64,000 bases of DNA, from NCBI GenBank assembly GCA_903928565.1, contig CAIYRH010000018.1, positions 10,693 to 74,692 on the forward strand, read 5' to 3'. The DNA comes from Candidatus Staskawiczbacteria bacterium (GTDB lineage: Bacteria > Patescibacteriota > Minisyncoccia > Minisyncoccales > Staskawiczbacteraceae). Positions within the stretch are counted from its first letter, which is position 1; each line of letters begins with the position of its first letter. The position numbers were made by a program, and so were the translations under genes. Under the pieces are notes generated by a model. That model was given only the letters and a program-made list of their open reading frames with translations. It searched no databases and was not told where the DNA came from. Below, in pieces: positions 37,939-46,955 of this stretch.

Positions 37939-38961
37939 ATGGCACTTATAGGAAAAGCATCACCAAAAGATTATAACATTCACCCTTCTTTGTACCCCTG
38001 GGCACGAGAACTTTACGACCAAGCAATTGCAAACACTTGGTACCCGCACGAAATTCCGCTAAAAGAAGATTTAGAAGATTGGGCAACAATGACCAACGAC
38101 GAAAAATATGCGGTGGAATTTGTTATGTCGTTTTTTAATCCAGCGGAGTTAGTTGTTAACAGAGTTTTGGCACTGGGAGTTTACCCATATTTAAAGTCGG
38201 CTGAATGCCATTTATATTTGGCAAAACAAATGTGGGAAGAAGCAAACCATTGTGTTGCATTTGAATATGTTTTAGAAACTTTACCACTAGACAGAACAAA
38301 AATATATGAAACACACATAACCACTCCGTCAATGAAGGCGAAGGAAGATTACATAAATGATTATGTTGCCCGAATGACCGAAGACACTTATGACGTTACA
38401 ACAGTTGAGGGCAAAAAAGATTTTATTAGAAATCTTGTGGCATACAATATTGTTATGGAAGGCGTTTGGTTTTATTCTGGGTTTATGGTTATGCTTTCTT
38501 TCAGACAAAGAAATAAGCTGAGAAATTTGGCTTCTATGATAAATTGGGTTTTACGCGACGAAAGTTTGCACTTAAAATTTGGAATAAATTTGGTTTTAAC
38601 TTTGCTTGAAGAAAACCCTGAAATTGTTTCTGCTGAATTTGCCGAGGAAATTAAAAATATAATAATTAAGGGAGTTGATTTGGAAACAGAATATAACAAA
38701 AATTTATTTCCACGTGGAATTCTTGGGTTAAACGCCGACTATGTTAACCAATATGTGCAATATGTTGCCGACAGGAGAATGGAAGAATTGGGTTTTCAGC
38801 CACATTATAACGCAACAAACCCAGCTAAATGGATGAGCACGGCAACTGACGTTTATGAGTTGGTTAACTTTTTTGAGGCACAAAACACCAACTACGAGGT
38901 TAATTCAAAATCACATAACCTGCCTACCGGACAGGCAGGCACAGAGAAACCAAAAGAATAA
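37939..38961 (+). CDS. nrdB: Ribonucleotide reductase beta subunit, class Ic-like
   Basis: FFNPAE, EEANHCVAF, EGVWFYSGF, RDESLH, NFFE...NY. Confidence 0.9.
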   Translation: MALIGKASPKDYNIHPSLYPWARELYDQAIANTWYPHEIPLKEDLEDWATMTNDEKYAVEFVMSFFNPAELVVNRVLALGVYPYLKSAECHLYLAKQMWEEANHCVAFEYVLETLPLDRTKIYETHITTPSMKAKEDYINDYVARMTEDTYDVTTVEGKKDFIRNLVAYNIVMEGVWFYSGFMVMLSFRQRNKLRNLASMINWVLRDESLHLKFGINLVLTLLEENPEIVSAEFAEEIKNIIIKGVDLETEYNKNLFPRGILGLNADYVNQYVQYVADRRMEELGFQPHYNATNPAKWMSTATDVYELVNFFEAQNTNYEVNSKSHNLPTGQAGTEKPKE

Positions 38962-38962
38962 A

Positions 38963-40111
38963 TTAAATTTCGCCTTTTTTTATTCTTTCGCGGATGCTTT
39001 CTACAAAAGTGTTGAAATAAAACAAATTATGAAATGTTAGAAGTTTCATGCCGGTTATTTCACCAGCTTTTAGTAAATGGCAAATGTAGTCTTTTTTGTA
39101 ATTTAAACAAACAGCGCAAACACAACCCTTGTCTAACGGTTCATTCTTTCTTAAAAATTTAGTTTGTTTTAAATTTAATTTTCCTTGGCTAGTAAAGGCA
39201 ATTCCTCGCCTGGCATAATGAGTTGGCACGGTGCAGTCGAAAGTGTCGGCGCCAGATTTTATTATTAATTCCATATCTTCTAAATAACCTACACCCAAAA
39301 GGTGCCTTGGCTTTTTTTCGGGCAATTCATCTACCACCCAGCCAATCATTTCACCCATTTTTTTCTTGTCGTTGCCAAATTCTCCACCAATTCCAAAACC
39401 GTCAAAATCCATTGCACCAATTACTTTTGCGCTTTCAATGCGCAAGTCTTTAAATTTTGAACCCTGCACAATGCCATAAAGGGCTTGTTTTGACTTTTGA
39501 GATTTTAAACAAATTTCGGCCCAGCGGTGTGTTTTTTCTAACGATTTTTTTACATAGTTGTAGTCAGCCAAGGAAGCTGTACACTCGTCGAAGGCAAAAA
39601 TAATGTCTGCGCCCAAACTTTCCTGTATTTTAATTGATTCTTTTGGGCCAATAAATAATTCGTCTCCATTTACCGGCGAGCGAAAGGTCACGCCATCGTG
39701 ATTTATTTTTATGTTTTGTGGCTGAGCTCCAGCACTAATTGAGCGCGGCAATAAACTTTTTTCAGGCGCGAGCGAAAATTTGCTGCCAGAATTGAAATCC
39801 CTTCCAAAACCTAAAGAGAAAACTTGATAACCGCCCGAGTCCGTCATAAGCGGTTTTTTCCAATTCATAAACTTATGCAGTTTTCCGGCCTTCTCTACAA
39901 TTTTCTCGCCCGGTTTTAAATGCAAATGGAAAGTATTGGAAATTAAAATTTGAGATTTTGTTTCTTCCACTTCTTTACTTTCTAAAGTTTTAACAACGGC
40001 TTGTGTGGCAACCGGAACTAAACACGGAGTTTCAACAACTCCGTGTTCTGTTTCTAAAAACCCCAACCGCGCTCTGCTTTTTGATGACTTTTTTAATATC
40101 TTAAAATTCAT
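38963..40111 (-). CDS. tgt: tRNA-guanine transglycosylase
   Basis: TDSGGYQ, GIVQG, HLLGVG, DTFDC, CVCAVC..HN. Confidence 0.93.
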   Translation of the reverse strand: MNFKILKKSSKSRARLGFLETEHGVVETPCLVPVATQAVVKTLESKEVEETKSQILISNTFHLHLKPGEKIVEKAGKLHKFMNWKKPLMTDSGGYQVFSLGFGRDFNSGSKFSLAPEKSLLPRSISAGAQPQNIKINHDGVTFRSPVNGDELFIGPKESIKIQESLGADIIFAFDECTASLADYNYVKKSLEKTHRWAEICLKSQKSKQALYGIVQGSKFKDLRIESAKVIGAMDFDGFGIGGEFGNDKKKMGEMIGWVVDELPEKKPRHLLGVGYLEDMELIIKSGADTFDCTVPTHYARRGIAFTSQGKLNLKQTKFLRKNEPLDKGCVCAVCLNYKKDYICHLLKAGEITGMKLLTFHNLFYFNTFVESIRERIKKGEI

Positions 40112-40184
40112 GTTTAGCGATACTAATAATATACTAATCTCATACCAATGATACTAATTAGCTTCAATTCTCACAATTTTTTTT

Positions 40185-40202
40185 GGTTATCACGTGATAA
40201 CC
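40185..40202. repeat. Palindrome family copy 1
   Basis: GGTTATCACGTGATAACC. Confidence 0.9.
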
Positions 40203-40220
40203 TAAGCTTTTTTATTTCAC

Positions 40221-40412
40221 CTAACTTTTTAATAAATATTTTATATCTGTTTTTTTAATTATAAAATTGGGCCCGACTTTTACTGCTTTGATTGCTCCCC
40301 GATTAATTCTTTTCAGTACAGCCACCCGACTAATTTTTAAAAGCTTCGCCAGCTGACTCACGGATAAAAACTCACTTTTTTCTATAATAACATCTTTTAA
40401 ACTGTTGCTCAT
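40221..40412 (-). CDS. Excisionase/MerR-like helix-turn-helix protein
   Basis: FLSVSQLAKLLKISRVAVLKRI..G.IKAVKVG..FII. Confidence 0.8.
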   Translation of the reverse strand: MSNSLKDVIIEKSEFLSVSQLAKLLKISRVAVLKRINRGAIKAVKVGPNFIIKKTDIKYLLKS

Positions 40413-40436
40413 ACTACGGCTATTTACTTATATTCT

Positions 40437-40460
40437 TCAGGTTATCACGTGATAACCTGA
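40437..40460. repeat. Palindrome family copy 2
   Basis: TCAGGTTATCACGTGATAACCTGA, perfect 24-bp palindrome. Confidence 0.95.
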
Positions 40461-40480
40461 GACTTTCAATAAATTACAAA

Positions 40481-40900
40481 TTAGAGGTTTTTACTTAAAT
40501 AGTACCAATCCACCCCATAATAATATTTTGGAAGAACTGCATCTTTTTTATAACCCATTTTCTTATAAAAATGTATGGTTTTGGGCCACGCAGATGAGGT
40601 TTTTACAACCGATTTAACACAATTTTTTTTGATCTTTGCCCAAGCCTCAACGTGACTAAATAACTGGGTACCAACACCGCTCCCCCGCAAACCATCCTTC
40701 ACAAGCAAAGACCGAATTTCTGCAATTCCGCCCCTAATTTCAACTTGAGCATATGCGATAATTTCTTTGCCCGAATATGAGGCAAAATAAAATGTTTTTC
40801 TAGAAGGTAAGAAGTTAAACTTTTTATCATTTATTGCCCATTGTTTGTTCCCAAAACTTTCAGTCGCCGTTTTTTTAACTTCTTTAATTTGAACATTCAT
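40481..40900 (-). CDS. GNAT-family acetyltransferase
   Basis: LLV....RGSGVGT, FYKKMGY; start moved to MNVQ. Confidence 0.85.
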   Translation of the reverse strand: MNVQIKEVKKTATESFGNKQWAINDKKFNFLPSRKTFYFASYSGKEIIAYAQVEIRGGIAEIRSLLVKDGLRGSGVGTQLFSHVEAWAKIKKNCVKSVVKTSSAWPKTIHFYKKMGYKKDAVLPKYYYGVDWYYLSKNL

Positions 40901-40908
40901 ATTTATTT

Positions 40909-40932
40909 TCAGGTTATCACGTGATAACCTGA
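40909..40932. repeat. Palindrome family copy 3
   Basis: TCAGGTTATCACGTGATAACCTGA. Confidence 0.95.
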
Positions 40933-40957
40933 GCATTTATGTCTTATTGTGTCGAAA

Positions 40958-41428
40958 TTATTTGATAATCACGGGGAGGCCGAGGTTTTTGTTCTTTTCT
41001 GGTAAACCGCTGGGGTTTTCATTGCTGAAGAAGAGCGTGGCAGAGCCCTTGTAGTCCGTGGTGAATGTTAGGGTTGTTTCAAATTGAGTTGGAAATTTTG
41101 TCCAATCTGTTGTTGCCTTTAAAACGCCATCTGCTATTTTTTTACCTTTATTATCGGACAACTGAACTGTGCCAACTTGTCCTTCAAAACCTGCCCAGCC
41201 ACCGCCATTTACAGAACCCGTAATTTTTAATGGCGAAACAACCCAACCGCCGTCTTTAGGAGAATCTATTTTTATGCCCTCTACTGCTTGGTTTTGCGTT
41301 TGTGAATTTTGTTGCGAATTATTTTGTTGCGAAGTTGTGGGCGCTTTTGCCGGCACAAGAAACAAAATTCCTAACAAAATAATAAATATTATACCTAACA
41401 CGGCTAAAAGCCAAATTTCTTTTTTCAC
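40958..41428 (-). CDS. Membrane-anchored Ig-like (Gmad2-like) protein
   Basis: N-terminal TM; SPLKITG..W..FEG..GTV; ENPSG; GTG start uncertain. Confidence 0.7.
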   Translation of the reverse strand: MKKEIWLLAVLGIIFIILLGILFLVPAKAPTTSQQNNSQQNSQTQNQAVEGIKIDSPKDGGWVVSPLKITGSVNGGGWAGFEGQVGTVQLSDNKGKKIADGVLKATTDWTKFPTQFETTLTFTTDYKGSATLFFSNENPSGLPEKNKNLGLPVIIK

Positions 41429-41594
41429 GGGTCTGCGAGCGAGGCGAGCAGATTTGCTTCGGAAATCAAGCCCAGATATATCTTATACATTGAGGGTTTG
41501 ATTTACGCTGAATACCTTTTTCGAATTAATTGTATATCTTCATTCTACATTTTAGATAGAAAAAATAAACCCCCCTACCCACCGGCAGGCAGGC

Positions 41595-41623
41595 TTGACA
41601 TAGCCCTATAAACAAAGTATAAT
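41595..41623 (+). promoter_or_regulatory. Consensus sigma70 promoter
   Basis: TTGACA-17-TATAAT. Confidence 0.85.
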
Positions 41624-41688
41624 AAATATAGTTAGTTAAAAGGTCGTTTTAGTATTTATTAGGCAAATGCCTATAAAAGAAACAAAAA

Positions 41689-41868
41689 ATGTTCGACAGA
41701 AACAATAACAGTGGAGGTTTTGTTAAAAGAGAACCTGTAAAAGGAAACTGGAAATGCTCCGAATGCGGAGTAGAAATCACAGAGCTTCCTTTTGAACCGG
41801 CTCCAGACAGACCAATCTACTGCAGAGAATGCTGGTCTAAAAAGAGACCTCCAAGATTCAGCAGGTAA
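41689..41868 (+). CDS. CxxC-x17-CxxC-type zinc-ribbon protein, 59 aa
   Basis: Manual translation ...WKCSECGVEITELPFEPAPDRPIYCRECW...; own promoter and terminator. Confidence 0.85.
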   Translation: MFDRNNNSGGFVKREPVKGNWKCSECGVEITELPFEPAPDRPIYCRECWSKKRPPRFSR

Positions 41869-41965
41869 AATTTCTGAATTTTAGAAATAATCCCCTACTC
41901 GGGGGTTATTTTTTTGCAAAAAATTCTAATAGTGATACAATAAAAAAACAATTTAAAAATAAATT

Positions 41966-42364
41966 ATGGAAATTAATCCTCCCGTAAAAATTAAAGTTTT
42001 AGAAGTGGAAGGCAAGGGACGAGGTGTTGTGGCAACAGAAGATATTAACGAAGGTGAAATTATTGAATACTGCCCTATTGTTTTTATTACTAAAGAAGAA
42101 GCTGAATTTTTTGAAAAAGGAAAAACCGTTTTGAATTTTTATTATATGCAACAACCAGAAATTAACCAAGTTTGCTTAATGCTTGGTTACGGTTGCATTT
42201 ACAACCACAGCCAAACGCCTAACGCGGAAGTAGATTATGACACTGCCAGCCCAAAAGATTTTTTGTATTTTAAGGCCTTAAGAAAAATTTCTGCCGGCGA
42301 AGAAATTGTGTACGACTACCAATTTGATAATAATAAAGAAGAATTTTTACAAGATGCCAAATAA
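41966..42364 (+). CDS. SET-domain methyltransferase
   Basis: GKGRGVVA, YNHS..PN, GEEIVYDY. Confidence 0.9.
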   Translation: MEINPPVKIKVLEVEGKGRGVVATEDINEGEIIEYCPIVFITKEEAEFFEKGKTVLNFYYMQQPEINQVCLMLGYGCIYNHSQTPNAEVDYDTASPKDFLYFKALRKISAGEEIVYDYQFDNNKEEFLQDAK

Positions 42365-42767
42365 CGAATTTTTAGAAAACTTAAAAAACACATACTGCAG
42401 GCTGAAAGCTTCAAAGATAGAAGGTGTTGGGATTTTTGCAATAAGAAATATTCCTAAAAATACTAACCCATTTTATGGAGTTTCTAAAAGAAAGTGGCAA
42501 AAAATAAAACCAAAAGACTATAAAAATTTTGATAAAGAAATAAAAGCAATGATTGGAGATTTTTTTGCCTTTGATGAAAATGGAGAGTTTTCAATTCCCC
42601 AACATGGACTAAACGGCATGGACATATCATTTTTTCTGAATACATCTAAAAACCCTAATGTGAAAACAATAGATGACGGAACAAATTTTGTTACTACAAG
42701 AAAAATTAAAAAGGGCGAAGAACTTACCGTATTTTATGGAGATTATGACGTAAGATATAAAAAATAA
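42354..42767 (+). CDS. SET-domain methyltransferase (second)
   Basis: IEGVGIFA, FLNTSKNPN, GEELTVFY; start moved to MPNN. Confidence 0.85.
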   Translation: MPNNEFLENLKNTYCRLKASKIEGVGIFAIRNIPKNTNPFYGVSKRKWQKIKPKDYKNFDKEIKAMIGDFFAFDENGEFSIPQHGLNGMDISFFLNTSKNPNVKTIDDGTNFVTTRKIKKGEELTVFYGDYDVRYKK

Positions 42768-42772
42768 AAAAA

Positions 42773-44005
42773 ATGGCACAAGATCCTGACAAATTAAATG
42801 AGGGCGAAAAAACGCAGGAAACTGCCGAGCAGGATGAGGTGTCTAAACAATTGCAAGAAATGGCCAGAAACTTAGAAGCAGGCGCGCCTAATAAAGAACA
42901 AGCGGAACAAAAAACCAGAGAAATAAGAGAAAAACACGCCGGCCAAATGATTGATGATTATTTATCGCTGAGCCCAAATGAGAGAGTTTTATTTTTAACA
43001 GACACAAATCCTGTTAACACAGACCGGCCGCTTATTGAAGCGATTCAAAACCAGTTGAGAGCAAGAGGCGTAGATTTTTCTGAATTAGCAGTTAGTAAAA
43101 AAACAAAGAAAAAAGATTTTTCAACTGAAGTAAACAAAGCCGACCTTATTTGGTCTTCGTGGTCTTGGGAAGAACAGCCAAAAGGTGTTGATTTTTATGA
43201 TTTTACTGAATCTTTGCCAGATAGTGGCAAAAGAATGGCATTTTGCCCTGGTTTAACAGCCGAAGCACTAGACGAGGGAGGGGCATTAACAGAACAAAAA
43301 GACGTTTTGGAACACCGAATGAACCGAATGTTAGAGCAAGTAAAAGACGCCGAAGTAATGAGAATAACTACAGTTTATGGAACAGATTTAACCGTAAAAT
43401 TGCGCAAGGGCGACAGAAGATGGGTAACAGATGGCGGAGCAATTGAAAAAGGAATCTGGGACAACCTACCAAAAGGCGAAATATATACCACGCCAGACGA
43501 AGAACAAGCCAATGGAATTTTAATGCTTCCAGTTTTGCAAGATGAAGTTACTATGGACCAAGGCGTAGACAAATTTGTACGTTTGGAAGTGGTAAATGGA
43601 AAAATAAGAGGAATTAGCGGTGGGGCTTCAGCCGAAAAATTGAGAACATATCTGCAAGAGCACTCTTTAGATGAGAGTAACCCTGAAAGCGTTTTACAAA
43701 TTGCTGAAATTGCTTTTGGTGCCAATTCAATGGCACGAACTGGGCCATCGAACCCAGAAGGTGACTACTCTGAACAAGTTAGACCCACAGTTGAAACAGA
43801 AAAACGTTTAGGAACAATGCATATGGCTTTTGGAAGTTCGCAACACGGCTCGGACGGTGCCGACGGCCACACAGAGTCTGACGTACATTTAGATTTTGTA
43901 ATTCCCCGACACGGTTTAACAATTGAAAGTTTTAATACAGAACAAGATTTTAGACGCAATAAAAATGGTAGAAAGCTAATTGACCGCGGGGGCTGGAATT
44001 TTTAA
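42773..44005 (+). CDS. M29-like (thermophilic metalloprotease) aminopeptidase
   Basis: GTDL, NLPKGEIY, IAEIAFG.N, EKRLGTMHMAFG, HLD. Confidence 0.8.
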   Translation: MAQDPDKLNEGEKTQETAEQDEVSKQLQEMARNLEAGAPNKEQAEQKTREIREKHAGQMIDDYLSLSPNERVLFLTDTNPVNTDRPLIEAIQNQLRARGVDFSELAVSKKTKKKDFSTEVNKADLIWSSWSWEEQPKGVDFYDFTESLPDSGKRMAFCPGLTAEALDEGGALTEQKDVLEHRMNRMLEQVKDAEVMRITTVYGTDLTVKLRKGDRRWVTDGGAIEKGIWDNLPKGEIYTTPDEEQANGILMLPVLQDEVTMDQGVDKFVRLEVVNGKIRGISGGASAEKLRTYLQEHSLDESNPESVLQIAEIAFGANSMARTGPSNPEGDYSEQVRPTVETEKRLGTMHMAFGSSQHGSDGADGHTESDVHLDFVIPRHGLTIESFNTEQDFRRNKNGRKLIDRGGWNF

Positions 44006-44042
44006 TAAAAATATTTAAAATAATATAATATCATAAAATAAA

Positions 44043-45392
44043 ATGGAGAACGGACAAAATGGGCAAAATGGAAAAAACAACTTGCCCGAACCAAAAGTTA
44101 TACCGGAAAAAATAAAAAGGAAATTTTTGTTTGTTGGCTGGGAAAGTTTGTCGGGTGATTTGGCTTGGCAAATTTCTAAAGAAGGCCACGAAGTAAAAGT
44201 TAGTATAAAATCGGAAGCAGACAAAGATGTTTATGATGGCTTTTTAGATAAAGTTGGCGACTGGAAAGAATTTGTTGATTGGGCAGATGTAATTATTTTT
44301 GACGACATTGGTTTTGGAGACGTTGCAGATGAACTTAGGAAAAAAGGCAAATTGGTTGTAGGGGGCAGCGAGTATACCGACAAATTAGAAAAAGACAGAG
44401 AATTTGGTCAGTCGGAAATGAAAAGAGTTGGAATGCTTACGCTTCCCCACTGGGATTTTACCGATTACGATTCGGCATTAAAATTTATTGAAGAAAACCC
44501 CGGAAGATATGTTTATAAACCATCGGGGTTTACTCCATCTGATTCTAAGGGGCTTTTATTTTTAGGAAAGGACGACGATGGAAAAGACATTCATGAGATT
44601 ATTAGGTCAAACAAAAAAGTTTTGCAAACAAGAGTTAAAGAAATGCAACTGCAAAAATTTGTTCAAGGCGTTGAAATAGCCGTTGGCGCATTTTTTAACG
44701 GTAATGATTTTATTTATCCCATAAACGTTAATTTTGAACATAAAAAACTTTTCCCGGGCGACATTGGCCCTTTTACGGGAGAAATGGGGACATTAATGTA
44801 TTGGTCGGGGCCGAATACAATTTTTAGAATGACTTTAGATAGAATGAAAGAAGATATTAAAAAGTCTGGTTATGTTGGATATATTGATATAAATTGCATT
44901 GCCAATGGCCGAGGAATTTACCCCTTGGAATTTACTGCAAGGTTTGGCTACCCTACAATTTCTATTCAAATGGAAGGAATTATTTCCGAATGGGGAGAAT
45001 TTATGCACTCAATTGCAAAAGGAGAAAATTTTGACTTAAAAACAAAGAAGGGTTTTCAAATTGGTGTTGTTTGCGCAACTCCGCCGTGGCCTTATAGCGA
45101 CAAATCGGAGGCTAGTATTTACCACGACTTGTCTATTATTTTCAAAAAACCAAACCTGGAAGGCATACATTTGGGCGATATAAAATTAGTTGATGGAAGC
45201 TGGAGAATTGCGGGCGTTATGGGGTATGACTTAATTGTTACTGGAAATGGAGTTACAGTTGAAGACGCCAGAAAACAAGCATATGGCAGAATTGACAATA
45301 TATTGTTACAAAATATGTTTTACAGGACAGATATTGGACTTGGTTGGTATGAAGATTCCGATAAATTACAAACTTGGGGATACCTTTACTAA
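44043..45392 (+). CDS. PurD-like ATP-grasp ligase (divergent)
   Basis: LEKDR, EHKKL..GD.G..TGEMG, LEFTARFG.P, YRTDIG; lacks the PurD GGREH motif. Confidence 0.8.
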   Translation: MENGQNGQNGKNNLPEPKVIPEKIKRKFLFVGWESLSGDLAWQISKEGHEVKVSIKSEADKDVYDGFLDKVGDWKEFVDWADVIIFDDIGFGDVADELRKKGKLVVGGSEYTDKLEKDREFGQSEMKRVGMLTLPHWDFTDYDSALKFIEENPGRYVYKPSGFTPSDSKGLLFLGKDDDGKDIHEIIRSNKKVLQTRVKEMQLQKFVQGVEIAVGAFFNGNDFIYPINVNFEHKKLFPGDIGPFTGEMGTLMYWSGPNTIFRMTLDRMKEDIKKSGYVGYIDINCIANGRGIYPLEFTARFGYPTISIQMEGIISEWGEFMHSIAKGENFDLKTKKGFQIGVVCATPPWPYSDKSEASIYHDLSIIFKKPNLEGIHLGDIKLVDGSWRIAGVMGYDLIVTGNGVTVEDARKQAYGRIDNILLQNMFYRTDIGLGWYEDSDKLQTWGYLY

Positions 45393-45450
45393 ACTTTATT
45401 TTTTAAATAACAAAAAAGCCCCGTAGAGCGGGGTTTTTTGTTGAAGTTTT

Positions 45451-45657
45451 TTAATTTCTGCCTAATTTTGGCCAGACAACAATAAGGTAAATTGCTGACA
45501 AACCAACTAATACATAAACTGTGCTTACTAACCATGCCATTGAACCAAAAAGCATTGTGACTAAATTATAGTCGGGACTGATGGCTACCAATAGCCAGTT
45601 TAACCCTCCAATTATTACTAATACTAACGCAATTGCGTCTAATGTTTTAAATTTCAT
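45451..45657 (-). CDS. DUF378-like small membrane protein
   Basis: LVIIGGLNW.L..........F.....VYVLVGLSA. Confidence 0.85.
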   Translation of the reverse strand: MKFKTLDAIALVLVIIGGLNWLLVAISPDYNLVTMLFGSMAWLVSTVYVLVGLSAIYLIVVWPKLGRN

Positions 45658-45734
45658 ATTCGATTTTATAAATTAATTCTTAAAATCGACCTTTAATATA
45701 TTATACTACAAAATTGGCAGTCAATAGAAGTGGA

Positions 45735-46211
45735 TTACTGCACAGTTACCTTTGCTGTGTCCCCCACTTTTATGCCCAGACTGTCCGAAAGCCCGCCGTT
45801 AATTTCCAAAACATAACCTGCCCTAGCAGATGAGTTAATTGACGGGCAGATTAAACTTTTGCATGGCTGAACATTTTTTGCAATAAAAACAACTTGGTTA
45901 GCAGAATTAATCCAAATCATGTCTAGCGGAATTAAAGTATCTTTCATCCAAAAAGAATACAAACCTTCATTTTCAAAAATAAAAAGCATTCCTTTATTTT
46001 CATCTAAATGGCTTCTATTCATTAACCCTTTTTCTCTTTCGGCGGTTGTTTTAGCGACTTCAACAAAAAAACATTTTTCTGCTACACAAACAGAATTATT
46101 ACTGTTTTGCGGAGTTGCAGGAGACAACGAAACTTGGGCATAATGAAAAAAAATATAACTCAAAACAATAACCAAAATTATTAACAACAATATTTCAAAC
46201 ATTATTCTCAT
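45735..46211 (-). CDS. DUF192-like protein
   Basis: VEVA.T..ER.KGLM.R, GMLF, FWMKDT.IPLD, VLEINGG. Confidence 0.85.
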   Translation of the reverse strand: MRIMFEILLLIILVIVLSYIFFHYAQVSLSPATPQNSNNSVCVAEKCFFVEVAKTTAEREKGLMNRSHLDENKGMLFIFENEGLYSFWMKDTLIPLDMIWINSANQVVFIAKNVQPCKSLICPSINSSARAGYVLEINGGLSDSLGIKVGDTAKVTVQ

Positions 46212-46687
46212 TTTAAAGTTGAATGCCTTTTATATTCTAAATAAATAAACCCTATTACAACAATATCAAAAATTGTTAATAGCAAAAGCAATAAAGAGTG
46301 TGTGTGAAAGTATCTGTAAATTTGATAAATTGAAAATAGAGAAAAAATTCCTAAAGCCGCAGGATATGCCCACAACTTTTCCTTTAATAAAAATATGGCT
46401 AAAAATACATTTACGATGCCGTGTGCAATTAAATACACAATGGCAAAAACATGAACACCCGAGAAAATGTTACTTGAAGTTTTTAAAATAAAATTTACGA
46501 AAACATCTTTTGGGTCTTCTGAAATTTCCTGTTGAGTTAAGGCTATTATTAAATTATTTGTAATTAGCCGGCCGGATGTTGCCAAAATTGTTCCCGCTAA
46601 AACTTCAAAAAAACCAAAGAAGGCCTTTATTAAAACGCCGATATCAAAAACTTCATCAATAAATTTTTTGCTAAACATTTTTGCCAT
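46208..46687 (-). CDS. DUF2127-like membrane protein
   Basis: K...G..E...G, YLIAHG, WAYP, YQIY, LT.FD. Confidence 0.75.
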   Translation of the reverse strand: MAKMFSKKFIDEVFDIGVLIKAFFGFFEVLAGTILATSGRLITNNLIIALTQQEISEDPKDVFVNFILKTSSNIFSGVHVFAIVYLIAHGIVNVFLAIFLLKEKLWAYPAALGIFSLFSIYQIYRYFHTHSLLLLLLTIFDIVVIGFIYLEYKRHSTLK

Positions 46688-46773
46688 AATCTTTTTTTAT
46701 TGTAACACTTCAACAAACAACGCTCAAGAAAAAATCACCGCAGATTCGGTGATTTTTAAAGAATACGTGTCAT

Positions 46774-46860
46774 TTATTTGCTTGTCCTCTTGTTAAGTTT
46801 TGTTCTTTTTCTTTTTTTAACCCTTCGTCCTAATCTTTTTTTATTCGCCCAAGTTGGCAT
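46774..46860 (-). CDS. 28-aa highly basic peptide
   Basis: MPTWANKKRLGRRVKKRKRTKLNKRTSK; followed by terminator about 46729-46757. Confidence 0.55.
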   Translation of the reverse strand: MPTWANKKRLGRRVKKRKRTKLNKRTSK

Positions 46861-46955
46861 ATTTTTGTTTCTTTATAATATAATACCTACGACCTTTTAA
46901 TATTCTTTATATTAATATACCACAGTTTTAATAAAAATGATATAATAAGCGCAAT

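Noticed and set aside
40221-40412. Prophage inferred from the excisionase-like gene
   Set aside because: No integrase, structural or replication genes nearby.
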